The notes under the pieces: model-generated
The model's database searches: none
The model's input: only the letters and a program-made list of their open reading frames with translations
Told to the model about the DNA's origin: nothing
DNA from: an uncultured virus (IMG/VR IMGVR_UViG_3300036715_000208)
Lineage: Duplodnaviria; Heunggongvirae; Uroviricota; Caudoviricetes
DNA: 20,000 nucleotides
IMG/VR virus record: IMGVR_UViG_3300036715_000208
Strand: one strand, 5' to 3'
Part shown: piece after piece, positions 1-7,900 of the stretch
Numbering within the stretch: the stretch's first letter is position 1
How the letters are laid out: the number at the start of each line of letters is the position of its first letter
Made by a program: the position numbers and the translations under genes

Positions 1-1287
1 ACTTACTTTGAATTCCTCAACTGCAACCTTTCCACAGGAAGAATAGATCAGTGGTTTCAACAGGGATGAAAACATTCCATCTCCGTAGTTTGATTCCACT
101 AGGATCCGACGAACCTTGTAAGCATTTGCAAGCTTTGCAATTTGCATCAATGTTACGTTATCGTATCCTCCTTGAAGACCTGTCAGTGCGTGTACAACGA
201 GGTATCCATTCACAAAGGATACAACACAGGCAGCTGTTTCGTCAGCTCCTCTACCAGAGGGATCAATGAACATACAGGTTTCTGTATACTCTATCATAGT
301 GGGGGATACCCACATAGGACCATATAGAAAATCATTATTAAGACCATATGATGGAATCTTTAATGGTGTTCCTCTTGCCCATACTACCTTCTCTGGAAAC
401 AACTCTGCGGATGTGTCCATAATAATTAGATCTTCTAATCTTAGTGGAAACTTTCTGGCATCACTGAGGGTTGGATCAAGTAAATAGTGTAGAGCAAAGT
501 GACGTGGACCAATCTTAGCCATTCTTTCATCAAGAACATGCTGAGGGAATCTACCAGGATCTACTGTAGATCCTGGCTCTACCTCTAACTGTAGGATGTA
601 TTCATCTACATGAAGCATCTGTGACTCAATGTCTGGATCTGGCATTACTGCTGGAAACTTTACAATTGGATAGGGAAGACGAAGGTAGATAGAGTCAGTA
701 CTTTGGTATGTACCTAGGAAGATGATTCTTCCGTGGTCAACTGGGTTCCTGATCTGTTCTAGTTCTGTTAGCCTGTCCAATAACCTACCACGGGCGGAAG
801 GGGTATCTGAGTTCTTCTCGATCTCAATATCGTCCAGTAGAATGTAGTCGGCGTGTGAGCCTGTTAGCTGCCCCGTCACGCCCTTTGCGTAACAAGATAG
901 GTCTTGCCCCTTCTTTGTGCGGCAAGCCACGTTAAAGCCAAATGCGTTGTCCTTATCGAAGTCCCTGGGTACTATGTGTGCCATGTAGGGGGTAGAGGAT
1001 AGGATCTGTCTAACCTGTGAGATAAACTTAATTGCCTTATCGGCTCCTGCCGACACTACCATGATGGTTGCATCGGGATCTTTTAGTAACAGCCAGCTGG
1101 CATATGATGCCATGATTGTGGATTTACCAGCACCACGACCAGCCTGTAGCTGGAAGTCTCGTAGTCCTGTTTGAATCTTATTTGCGATTGCATATTGTAG
1201 GGGAGATGGTTCCCCAAGACCTAGATACTTAAAGGAAAAAAACAAATGGTTTCTAAAATCCTCTAGTACTTCTTCTGGTACATTCAT
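1..1287 (-). CDS. terL: Terminase large subunit, T7 gp19-like (3' end runs off the window)
   Basis: Not in the ORF track because its stop lies outside the window. Manual translation from ATG 1287 (SD GAAAGGAGGT at 1300-1291): MNVPEEVLEDFRNHLFF...; Walker A QAGRGAGKS (1146-1120); KGVTGQLTGSHADYILLDDIE (Walker B); IIFLGTYQ; HYLLDPTLSDARKFPLRL; nuclease motif MFIDPSGRGADETA. All are collinear with T7 gp19 motifs. Confidence 0.96.
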   Translation of the reverse strand, partial: MNVPEEVLEDFRNHLFFSFKYLGLGEPSPLQYAIANKIQTGLRDFQLQAGRGAGKSTIMASYASWLLLKDPDATIMVVSAGADKAIKFISQVRQILSSTPYMAHIVPRDFDKDNAFGFNVACRTKKGQDLSCYAKGVTGQLTGSHADYILLDDIEIEKNSDTPSARGRLLDRLTELEQIRNPVDHGRIIFLGTYQSTDSIYLRLPYPIVKFPAVMPDPDIESQMLHVDEYILQLEVEPGSTVDPGRFPQHVLDERMAKIGPRHFALHYLLDPTLSDARKFPLRLEDLIIMDTSAELFPEKVVWARGTPLKIPSYGLNNDFLYGPMWVSPTMIEYTETCMFIDPSGRGADETAACVVSFVNGYLVVHALTGLQGGYDNVTLMQIAKLANAYKVRRILVESNYGDGMFSSLLKPLIYSSCGKVAVEEFKVS

Positions 1288-1300
1288 AGTACCTCCTTTC

Positions 1301-1333
1301 AAAAACCCCCATCCCAGATCAAGGGACGGGGGC
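1301..1333 (-). terminator. Intrinsic terminator immediately upstream of the terL RBS
   Basis: Minus strand gCCCCCGTCCC-ttgatct-GGGATGGGGG-TTTTT: 10-bp GC-rich stem (one G-U), 7-nt loop and U5 tract, followed directly by GAAAGGAGGT. Confidence 0.8.
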
Positions 1334-1336
1334 GGT

Positions 1337-1510
1337 AGCGAGATATCCACACAGGGGATCGCCCTATGCGCATAGCCCGATGATGGCTCCCCAATAGACG
1401 GAGAGCCACAGGGCGACCGTTGCCATGCCCGTCAAGGCATAGCAGGTCGAATAGCGTAACCGCATCTGTCCCCTCGTTGCCAGCGTGGGGTCTATGTCAG
1501 ATGGATCGCT
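1337..1510 (-). ncRNA. Highly structured RNA element (structured small mRNA, leader or ncRNA) between terS and terL
   Basis: About 60% GC (125/210 counted over 1301-1510) in an AT-rich window. Minus-strand stems: CATCTG/CAGATG with CCCC/GGGG; CGACC-TGCTATGCC/GGCATGGCA-GGTCG (1449-1414); TCGCCCTGTG/CATAGGGCGA (1416-1407 with 1368-1359); end-to-end AGCGA-TCCAT/GTGGA-TCGCT. The non-Watson-Crick pairs within these stems are G-U on the minus strand. Confidence 0.65.
1364..1465 (-). CDS. 33-aa hydrophobic peptide MRLRYSTCYALTGMATVALWLSVYWEPIIGLCA (type I toxin-like or leader peptide candidate)
   Basis: ATG at 1465 preceded by GAGGGG (1475-1470), TAG at 1366-1364. Basic N-terminus followed by a TM-length hydrophobic stretch. 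Below the ORF-track length cutoff. Confidence 0.5.
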   Translation of the reverse strand: MRLRYSTCYALTGMATVALWLSVYWGAIIGLCA

Positions 1511-1518
1511 TGAATGCC

Positions 1519-1722
1519 TTAGCCTAATTTCTTAAGCCTGAATGGGATAAGGTTGTCCAAGGTTTCTGCACGAATATTCGCAGCGTCTTCCTTGGTTGGT
1601 TTGTTATCTGCGATTACACGGGCAACAACTTGGTATAGTCCAGGACCACGCTTCTCTGGATCCATAAGATCCTCTACTAAGCAGTCCACCAATAGTTCCT
1701 TCAGTGTATCAATGTTATTCAT
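1519..1722 (-). CDS. terS: Terminase small subunit, T7 gp18-like
   Basis: 67 aa; EDLMDPEKRGPGLYQVV resembles the gp18 'DL.D.E.R.PQLY.A' motif; lies upstream of terL. Confidence 0.75.
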   Translation of the reverse strand: MNNIDTLKELLVDCLVEDLMDPEKRGPGLYQVVARVIADNKPTKEDAANIRAETLDNLIPFRLKKLG

Positions 1723-1779
1723 TTAGCACTTGCAATTCTTATTGCCACACTTCTTGCATGGCTTCTTTGGAGTTTTCAT
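1723..1779 (-). CDS. 18-aa Lys/Cys-rich micropeptide MKTPKKPCKKCGNKNCKC
   Basis: Fills the gap between the 111-aa gene and terS (TAA-T-ATG upstream, TAA-ATG downstream); SD-like AAGGA upstream; CxxC...CxC pattern. Confidence 0.55.
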   Translation of the reverse strand: MKTPKKPCKKCGNKNCKC

Positions 1780-1780
1780 A

Positions 1781-2116
1781 TTACTTTCCTTTCTTTATAT
1801 TACCATAGCGTTGCAGCAAATTGCGGCCTTTCGCTACGGCTGATGCCTTGTCGCCTTTGTGATTCCAAGCTTCTAACGATAGCTTGAGCCTAGTCTTCTC
1901 GCCCTTCTCATCCTTGAGTGGACCAGCTGATGATCCCATGCGTACTAGGAATGAACCTTGTCTACGTATTTCCTCTGGAGTAGTGGGGGTACGCTTTACT
2001 GGGGCTTTTAGGTTTGATCCAGTAGCTCGATTGTACTTGTCACGACCCGCTTGAGACAATCCACCTTGTGGGTTCTTGTCTTTCTTATTCATATTAACGG
2101 ATGGTTTCTTTGGCAT
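1781..2116 (-). CDS. Basic phage protein of unknown function (recalled as DUF6321-like, unverified)
   Basis: 111 aa, K/R-rich; KNPQGGLSQAGR..YNRATGSNLKAPV, RRQGSFLVRM and TRLKLSLEAW match a motif set I recall from aquatic phage proteins. Confidence 0.75.
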   Translation of the reverse strand: MPKKPSVNMNKKDKNPQGGLSQAGRDKYNRATGSNLKAPVKRTPTTPEEIRRQGSFLVRMGSSAGPLKDEKGEKTRLKLSLEAWNHKGDKASAVAKGRNLLQRYGNIKKGK

Positions 2117-2118
2117 GT

Positions 2119-2208
2119 TTACTTCTTCTTTTTTGGTGCTGGCTTCTTAGCCTCAGGCTTTGCCCAAGGTGGGATCCACTTCTTACCTGCTGGTTTCTTA
2201 GCTGCCAT
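2119..2208 (-). CDS. 29-aa Lys/Pro/Ala-rich basic peptide MAAKKPAGKKWIPPWAKPEAKKPAPKKKK
   Basis: 2-nt gaps to both neighbours; GAGG upstream; internal AKKPA duplication. Confidence 0.65.
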   Translation of the reverse strand: MAAKKPAGKKWIPPWAKPEAKKPAPKKKK

Positions 2209-2210
2209 AA

Positions 2211-2315
2211 TTAGCCTCGCTTTAAAAGCTTAGAGATTGGGAAGATGTGACCACAGATGTAGCCACCAATTGCACAGAGTACGCAAAAGAAAGTTGTTCC
2301 TAGAAATTCTGACAT
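2211..2315 (-). CDS. 34-aa single-TM membrane peptide MSEFLGTTFFCVLCAIGGYICGHIFPISKLLKRG
   Basis: SD AAAGGA upstream; hydrophobic helix then basic C-terminal tail; tightly packed in the operon. Confidence 0.65.
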   Translation of the reverse strand: MSEFLGTTFFCVLCAIGGYICGHIFPISKLLKRG

Positions 2316-2325
2316 GTTATTTCCT

Positions 2326-3831
2326 TTATGCTGCAGGGTTTCCAGCTGGCCAGTAGCCAAGGTTCTGCATAATTTGTTTATGAATAGTTCTATTAATTAA
2401 ATACTCACCATAATATAGAACTGGGTGATATACATAACCACGATTAATAAAATTCATCCAGTAAGCAACACAATTGTTTATGATTGTTACCGTAGCTGGA
2501 TCAGTGATTGCTGCAGAAAGAGCAACTTGAGTTGCGTTGGTAGCGTCTGTATAAGGTGAACAGAGAATCTTATTAACTAATAAGTGTACTTCTGTTGATG
2601 ATTTATCAAACTGCCATCTATTATTAGGGTCTGCTCCATTGTATTGGTTGGTAGGATAAAAATAATTTCCATTTGTAAATGTTGTCATATTATCTACACC
2701 AACAATATAAGGACTATAGTGAAGCCAACTTCCCTCATATTCACTAGAGTTTGAATCTACCTTTGAACCCCATGTGTCAAAGAAAGCAAATGCTTCCTTA
2801 GTACCAGCGGTTGGAAAGGAATTCGATGTTGATCTATTGGTTATCTTATTTGGATCATTATCAAAAGGCATTGCTTCTTGGAAGTATGTAAACTTAGTTG
2901 AAGTTGAAAATCTTTGATTTGTTCCTTGTCCCTGAACAAGTTTGAAATATTGGTTTTCTAACCATCGTCTCATATTTGTTTTAGGGGTATTGTATCCAGA
3001 CTTTCTAGAAAGAAGATCAAGATAAATCCAAGATCCCTTCTTATAGTTCCAAGCAGCTGCTCCAACATCCGCACCAACACCACAAATACCTAACTCATAC
3101 CATCTATTTAATTCGTTGGTAAGAAACTCAGCATGTGCCGCATTGTTTTCTGGATCTGGAATATCGTATCCTGAGTTTTCACCAAGCCAGGTATAGTTTG
3201 CTGCATCTGTTGGGTACTTAACCCAGTTCTTTGTATTATCTGAAAGACCTTGATATGTCTTTGGAATAACAAAAGAAGTATACAATGCAATTTCTATATC
3301 TGTCTTGGGTGTAGACCCAGGCCAATATGTTGTGTTACCAGCTAACCACGTTCTAAGTAGAACATACCAATCGGTACTTCTACTGTAGTTATAAAAAGTA
3401 ATAGAACCGTTATCAATTCCTGCAGCATTAGGATCTGCAGGTACACCCCCAGGCCAACAACCCTCATAGGGATTAATAGACCTTGTTCCGTTATCTCTAA
3501 CTACATACTTTTGTAACTGTGGTGTCCATATGCCAGCATAAGCTATACCAGCACTAGATGATCCGTTAGCTGAAACTGTACCACACGGTGAGTTAATAAT
3601 GAATCTTCTAATTCCACGATCATAGTGATAAGCCATTGTATTAATGACTTGTTGTACTCCAATGTGACTGGTGGTAGTTACTCCAGCTCTTCTTAGTCCT
3701 GTTCCAGGAACATCTAAAACAGGTTTGCAGAAATCTAAACTAGATCCCCAATAGGAATCTGATCCACCAGATACGCCATATGCGATATGTACTGCTGGTC
3801 TTCTATCTACTGTAAAAATTGGATTTGACAT
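2326..3831 (-). CDS. Hypothetical 501-aa protein, possible glycoside-hydrolase-like TIM barrel (possibly virion-associated)
   Basis: Start reassigned to MSNPIF (GGAGG SD, TAATG overlap with the upstream stop). W/Y/N-rich; YHYDRGIRRFII and ELNRWYELGICGVGAD resemble helix-G-strand-D barrel units. Function is inferred. Confidence 0.75.
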   Translation of the reverse strand: MSNPIFTVDRRPAVHIAYGVSGGSDSYWGSSLDFCKPVLDVPGTGLRRAGVTTTSHIGVQQVINTMAYHYDRGIRRFIINSPCGTVSANGSSSAGIAYAGIWTPQLQKYVVRDNGTRSINPYEGCWPGGVPADPNAAGIDNGSITFYNYSRSTDWYVLLRTWLAGNTTYWPGSTPKTDIEIALYTSFVIPKTYQGLSDNTKNWVKYPTDAANYTWLGENSGYDIPDPENNAAHAEFLTNELNRWYELGICGVGADVGAAAWNYKKGSWIYLDLLSRKSGYNTPKTNMRRWLENQYFKLVQGQGTNQRFSTSTKFTYFQEAMPFDNDPNKITNRSTSNSFPTAGTKEAFAFFDTWGSKVDSNSSEYEGSWLHYSPYIVGVDNMTTFTNGNYFYPTNQYNGADPNNRWQFDKSSTEVHLLVNKILCSPYTDATNATQVALSAAITDPATVTIINNCVAYWMNFINRGYVYHPVLYYGEYLINRTIHKQIMQNLGYWPAGNPAA

Positions 3832-4988
3832 TAGACCTCCACGAAGTTGGCAACGCCAGAAATAGTCGTTGCGGTAGTACCTGTTGGAATACCCCAAGGA
3901 GTCAAGAAGCTATTTGGGAAGACCTTTACTGACTTGTAGTCTGAGATAGATGTGCAGTAGCCTGTGTTTGCAAGTAAGACTGGACCAAATACGGTTGGTC
4001 TTACAAGAACAAGATGAATAGTACCACTTACTAGTGAAGTACCGAGGGTTACGCTTTCAACGCTTCTACATCCAGTGTCACCAGCAGCAAGATTGAATAG
4101 AATCAAGGATCCAACTACGGCTGTAGCTGGAAAAGATGGCATTGTAGCTGTTTTACCAGCAGTACCGTCTTGATTTGTATAGGACAATGTCATGTTTGTA
4201 ATCGCACCACCGTTTGTTGTTGCTGTGCTTACATAGATTGCTGGAATGACACCTAGACCATTGGATGTGCCGTTGTTATCTCTAGCTGCTGCTGTAGCTG
4301 GAGTAATTGACTGAGCAGTAGTCGTGGTTACAACCAAACCGCTGTTCATCCATAGGATATCGAGTAGACCATACATTCCAGTCTGGTTTGCCGTTACGCT
4401 GAATGAGCTAAGGTACAGAGTACCAGAACCGATTGTAACTGGAATACCACCAGCCTTGGCGTTTGACCATGATTCTCCGTTGATACCAACGGAAGAAACG
4501 GTCATTGCACCAGGCATACCAGCATCCTTGGCAAATAGATAAGGAACACCAGCAGCCTCTGGAGCAGTACCAGTCTTGGTATAGAATGATGCATATCCAG
4601 TCTGGATACCCATCTTGCTTGCTGGTTCTGTGATTGGAGTACCGTTTGAATCAAATCTCTGCCAGCCACCATCAATGGAATATACGGCAGACTGACCAGC
4701 TTGTAGTACAGTCTTGTATAACGTAAAGACTGATGAAGTTGTCTTTACTATGGTGATTGAATTAGATGCAGTACCCGTATTGAGGACCGTGATTACCTTG
4801 ATCTGTCTTTGGGTACTTGCCGCGGGTGCATCGCAGATCTGAGTCGTGGTAGCCGTGATGATCTGCGAATCCTGTGCGGCTGGAGTAAGCGAGCTTGATG
4901 TTATATCCAGATATGAAACTGTAACATCAACCTCACTGGTTGAACTTGTCGTTAGATTTAATGTGTGTGTGTTTGATGATAGAATCAT
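3831..4988 (-). CDS. Hypothetical 385-aa Thr/Ser/Gly-rich beta protein, probably tail-fibre tip or associated structural protein
   Basis: Start reassigned to MILSSN (ATGA overlap with the fibre stop at 4985-4987); composition typical of virion beta proteins; directly follows the long fibre. Confidence 0.7.
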   Translation of the reverse strand: MILSSNTHTLNLTTSSTSEVDVTVSYLDITSSSLTPAAQDSQIITATTTQICDAPAASTQRQIKVITVLNTGTASNSITIVKTTSSVFTLYKTVLQAGQSAVYSIDGGWQRFDSNGTPITEPASKMGIQTGYASFYTKTGTAPEAAGVPYLFAKDAGMPGAMTVSSVGINGESWSNAKAGGIPVTIGSGTLYLSSFSVTANQTGMYGLLDILWMNSGLVVTTTTAQSITPATAAARDNNGTSNGLGVIPAIYVSTATTNGGAITNMTLSYTNQDGTAGKTATMPSFPATAVVGSLILFNLAAGDTGCRSVESVTLGTSLVSGTIHLVLVRPTVFGPVLLANTGYCTSISDYKSVKVFPNSFLTPWGIPTGTTATTISGVANFVEV

Positions 4989-7900
4989 AGTAGTGCCGCT
5001 ATTCTTAGTGATTGTTGGAAGGTCATGCCAGAGCCAGATACAGATTGCCAAGTACCATCTCCGCTTAGGAAGGTGGTATTATTCTGAGTACCAGTACCTA
5101 GTCTTGCTGTTGCAATTACACCAGTTGTTATATCTGATGCTGCGTGTGTGTGAGATGGAAGATTTGTGCAGTTACTTAGGTTACCCGATGTCGGGGTTCC
5201 CAAGATTGGTGTAACTAGGGTCGGTGTATCGGCAAAGACAGCTGCACCAGAACCTGTTTCATCACTAAGGGCTGTCTTTAGTTGTAGTGAGGTAAACGTA
5301 CCCAACGCAGTAGCGTTACCAGTAGAGGTAATGTGTCCCGTTAGGTTGGCGTTAGTGGTAACAGTAGCTGCGTTTCCAGTTACAGATCCCACAATGGCAG
5401 CGGAGACGGTTAGGGTTGCAAGCGTTCCAACCGATGTCAAACTAGAAGCAGTAACGCTAGCAGCCAGCGTTGTACCCGTAAGGGTTACCGCTGGTGCATT
5501 TGCTAGTGTTGCTAGTGCTCCAAGACCAAGTGTTGTACGCTGAGCTGATGCGTCAATATCATCTAGCAATGCACGGCCAGCGGCTGTACAAGGAATCTCT
5601 TCGACTACACCAGCACCAGCTGTAGACCTACCAAGCAACTTGTCGCTTGCTGATACGTTCTGCATCTTGGCGTAGGTTAGTGCGGCATCCTTGGGAGTAA
5701 TAATCTGTGGAGCCGCACCACCAACATCAAAGAAGGTAGTGCTAAATTCTCCACCTGTATTTGCAGTTCCAAGGTTATTTCCCATTGGAAACGAATTTGG
5801 TTCTAAAAGAGTAATCTTTGCAAGAGTAACAGCCCCATCTTGAATCTTTGCGGTTCTAACCGAATCGGATGCAAGTTTACTAGTAGTAATAGCATTAGCA
5901 TCAATAGTCCAAGTTGCACCTGAACCAGTGACGGTGATGTCTCCCTTGTCTGCGTCAGTAACTAGATAACCCGTTGTCCATGCGCCATCTCCCCGTAGGA
6001 AGTTAGTACTACCAGCTGTTCCAGTAGTCGTTAGATCTGAAAGAGCATGGGCGTGACTGGCTGGAACATTGACAACCATAGTATTGGCTGTTGTGTCTAG
6101 GGTAAGGGATGCAATACCAGTACCACTAGGTGTAATGGTTCTTGTTACCCCCATATCATCATTCCACCACACAAGCCTACTTGTACCCGTTTGGGCTGGT
6201 GGACATTGTAGAGCTGGGTAGAGCAATGTAAAGCCAGTCATAACGTCTGTTCTGGTTTTATTATACCACCCCGCAGATGGGGTATTTTGATAGTATAAAA
6301 TGTCACCAGTGGTTGCAGCTGTGATGGTTACATCGGTAAGGCCATCAAGCGTCGTAGCACCGCCACCGCCACCGCCACCACCCGATGGTGTAGCTGGTTG
6401 CCAAGCCAACGCTGTGTTGTTCCATGTTGGAACCTGTCCATCCGTAGCTGCACTTTGTGTAAGGTCAGCTAGCGTGTGGGTGTGGGCAATAGGGGCAAAC
6501 TGGGAATAACCGTAGTACTCAAGATACGTCATATCCTTGAAGTACAGTTTTTGACTAGACTTGTTTGTTCCTTCATTTCTCTGTCGAAGTTCAAGACCAA
6601 CATAACAGTGAGCATCAGCCCCAAATACGTCTTCAATTGGTCCAGTTAGAAGGTATGATCCTAAACTTGTTTCGAGATAATCTTTGTAATTTCCAGCCGA
6701 CCCAACTTCTTGAGGTACTTCTGAGTAGAAATAAATACCATCTAAGACTCCGCTTCCACCAGGAAGATATCCTGGATTTTCGTTCAGAACAATACGGATA
6801 CCGAGTCGGGTAAACTGATTTACTGGAATTCCAGTATCCATAAAGTAAACTACATTTTCGTAACTTCCAGGAATGCCTCTATCTGTTGGTGTTGCAGTAT
6901 AACCCATAACTACTCGCATCCACCAATTGGTTGTACCTAAACAATCAAAGCAAGCTAGTAGCTGTGACCTTGTACCGTGAGTAGCATGAAAACCGACAGA
7001 AGCTACTGTAGAGTTGTTTCCTGATCCATCATATTTTACATGTGCTTTAAACTCTTTAGGACAATCATCTAATTTCATGTCTGGGTTAATGCCAGTAAAG
7101 CCAGCATGGCAATGCCGCACTCTTCCAACAGAACCATACTGATTTTCCTCTGTTTGAATATACGAATGAGTATCAGTCTGAACCAGAGTAGCAATAGCTA
7201 GGGGGTCTACTGCTGAGTAAGTAGACCACACAAAATCACCAACGGAAGTACCGTCAGTGTGCATTGTTCTAATAATATTTCGGCCAGTGTTTGCCTTATC
7301 TCTTTCGGAATACTTTAGATTTCTTTTAGAAATACCAGCTACTGGCAGTGATGAAGCAGAGATTCGTTTATCTGAATCTAGCTTTGCAATGTAATTAGGA
7401 ACATCTAGGTGATCATCAATGTATGTTCCAATAGTTGGTCCACTATCTTCTCTAACATATGCCGTGGTTGCAATACCACCTACTTGATCTAGATCCTCCA
7501 GTATAGCAGCGGTTATTGCCATACCTACTGTAGAGTCGGTATAACCTTTTGTAGCTGCGTCATTTGGGTTAACTGGTGAAGTTAACTCAAACATGTTCTG
7601 TGTAATGACGTTATCTCTAATACGCCAATCAGTATCTAAAGAAACAACATTAATGTGATTCTTTGTTCCAGCTGTTATAGGCGGTTCTGTTACAGCTGGA
7701 TTAACGTTTACCCATGCCGTACCATTGTACTGTAGTAACTGTGTGTTTGCAGGAGATGTAATAGTAACATCTGATAAAGTATCAAGTGGAAATATGGGCG
7801 TAGGTATTGCTTGATTTGTCCACTGTGAAGTACCACTGTTATATAACAACGCCTGTTGAGAAGCTGGAGTACCAGTGATAGTTACATCGGTTAATGCATT

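Noticed and set aside
1301..1510. tRNA, hammerhead or other known ribozyme, or CRISPR mini-array in the terS-terL gap
   Set aside because: No T-loop GTTCRA or cloverleaf, no CUGAUGA/GAAA core on the structured strand, and no direct repeats with spacers.
1511..1550. Possible sigma70 promoter for the structured element (minus-strand TAGGCT overlapping the terS stop)
   Set aside because: The -10-like hexamer is suitably placed but there is no convincing -35; too weak to call.
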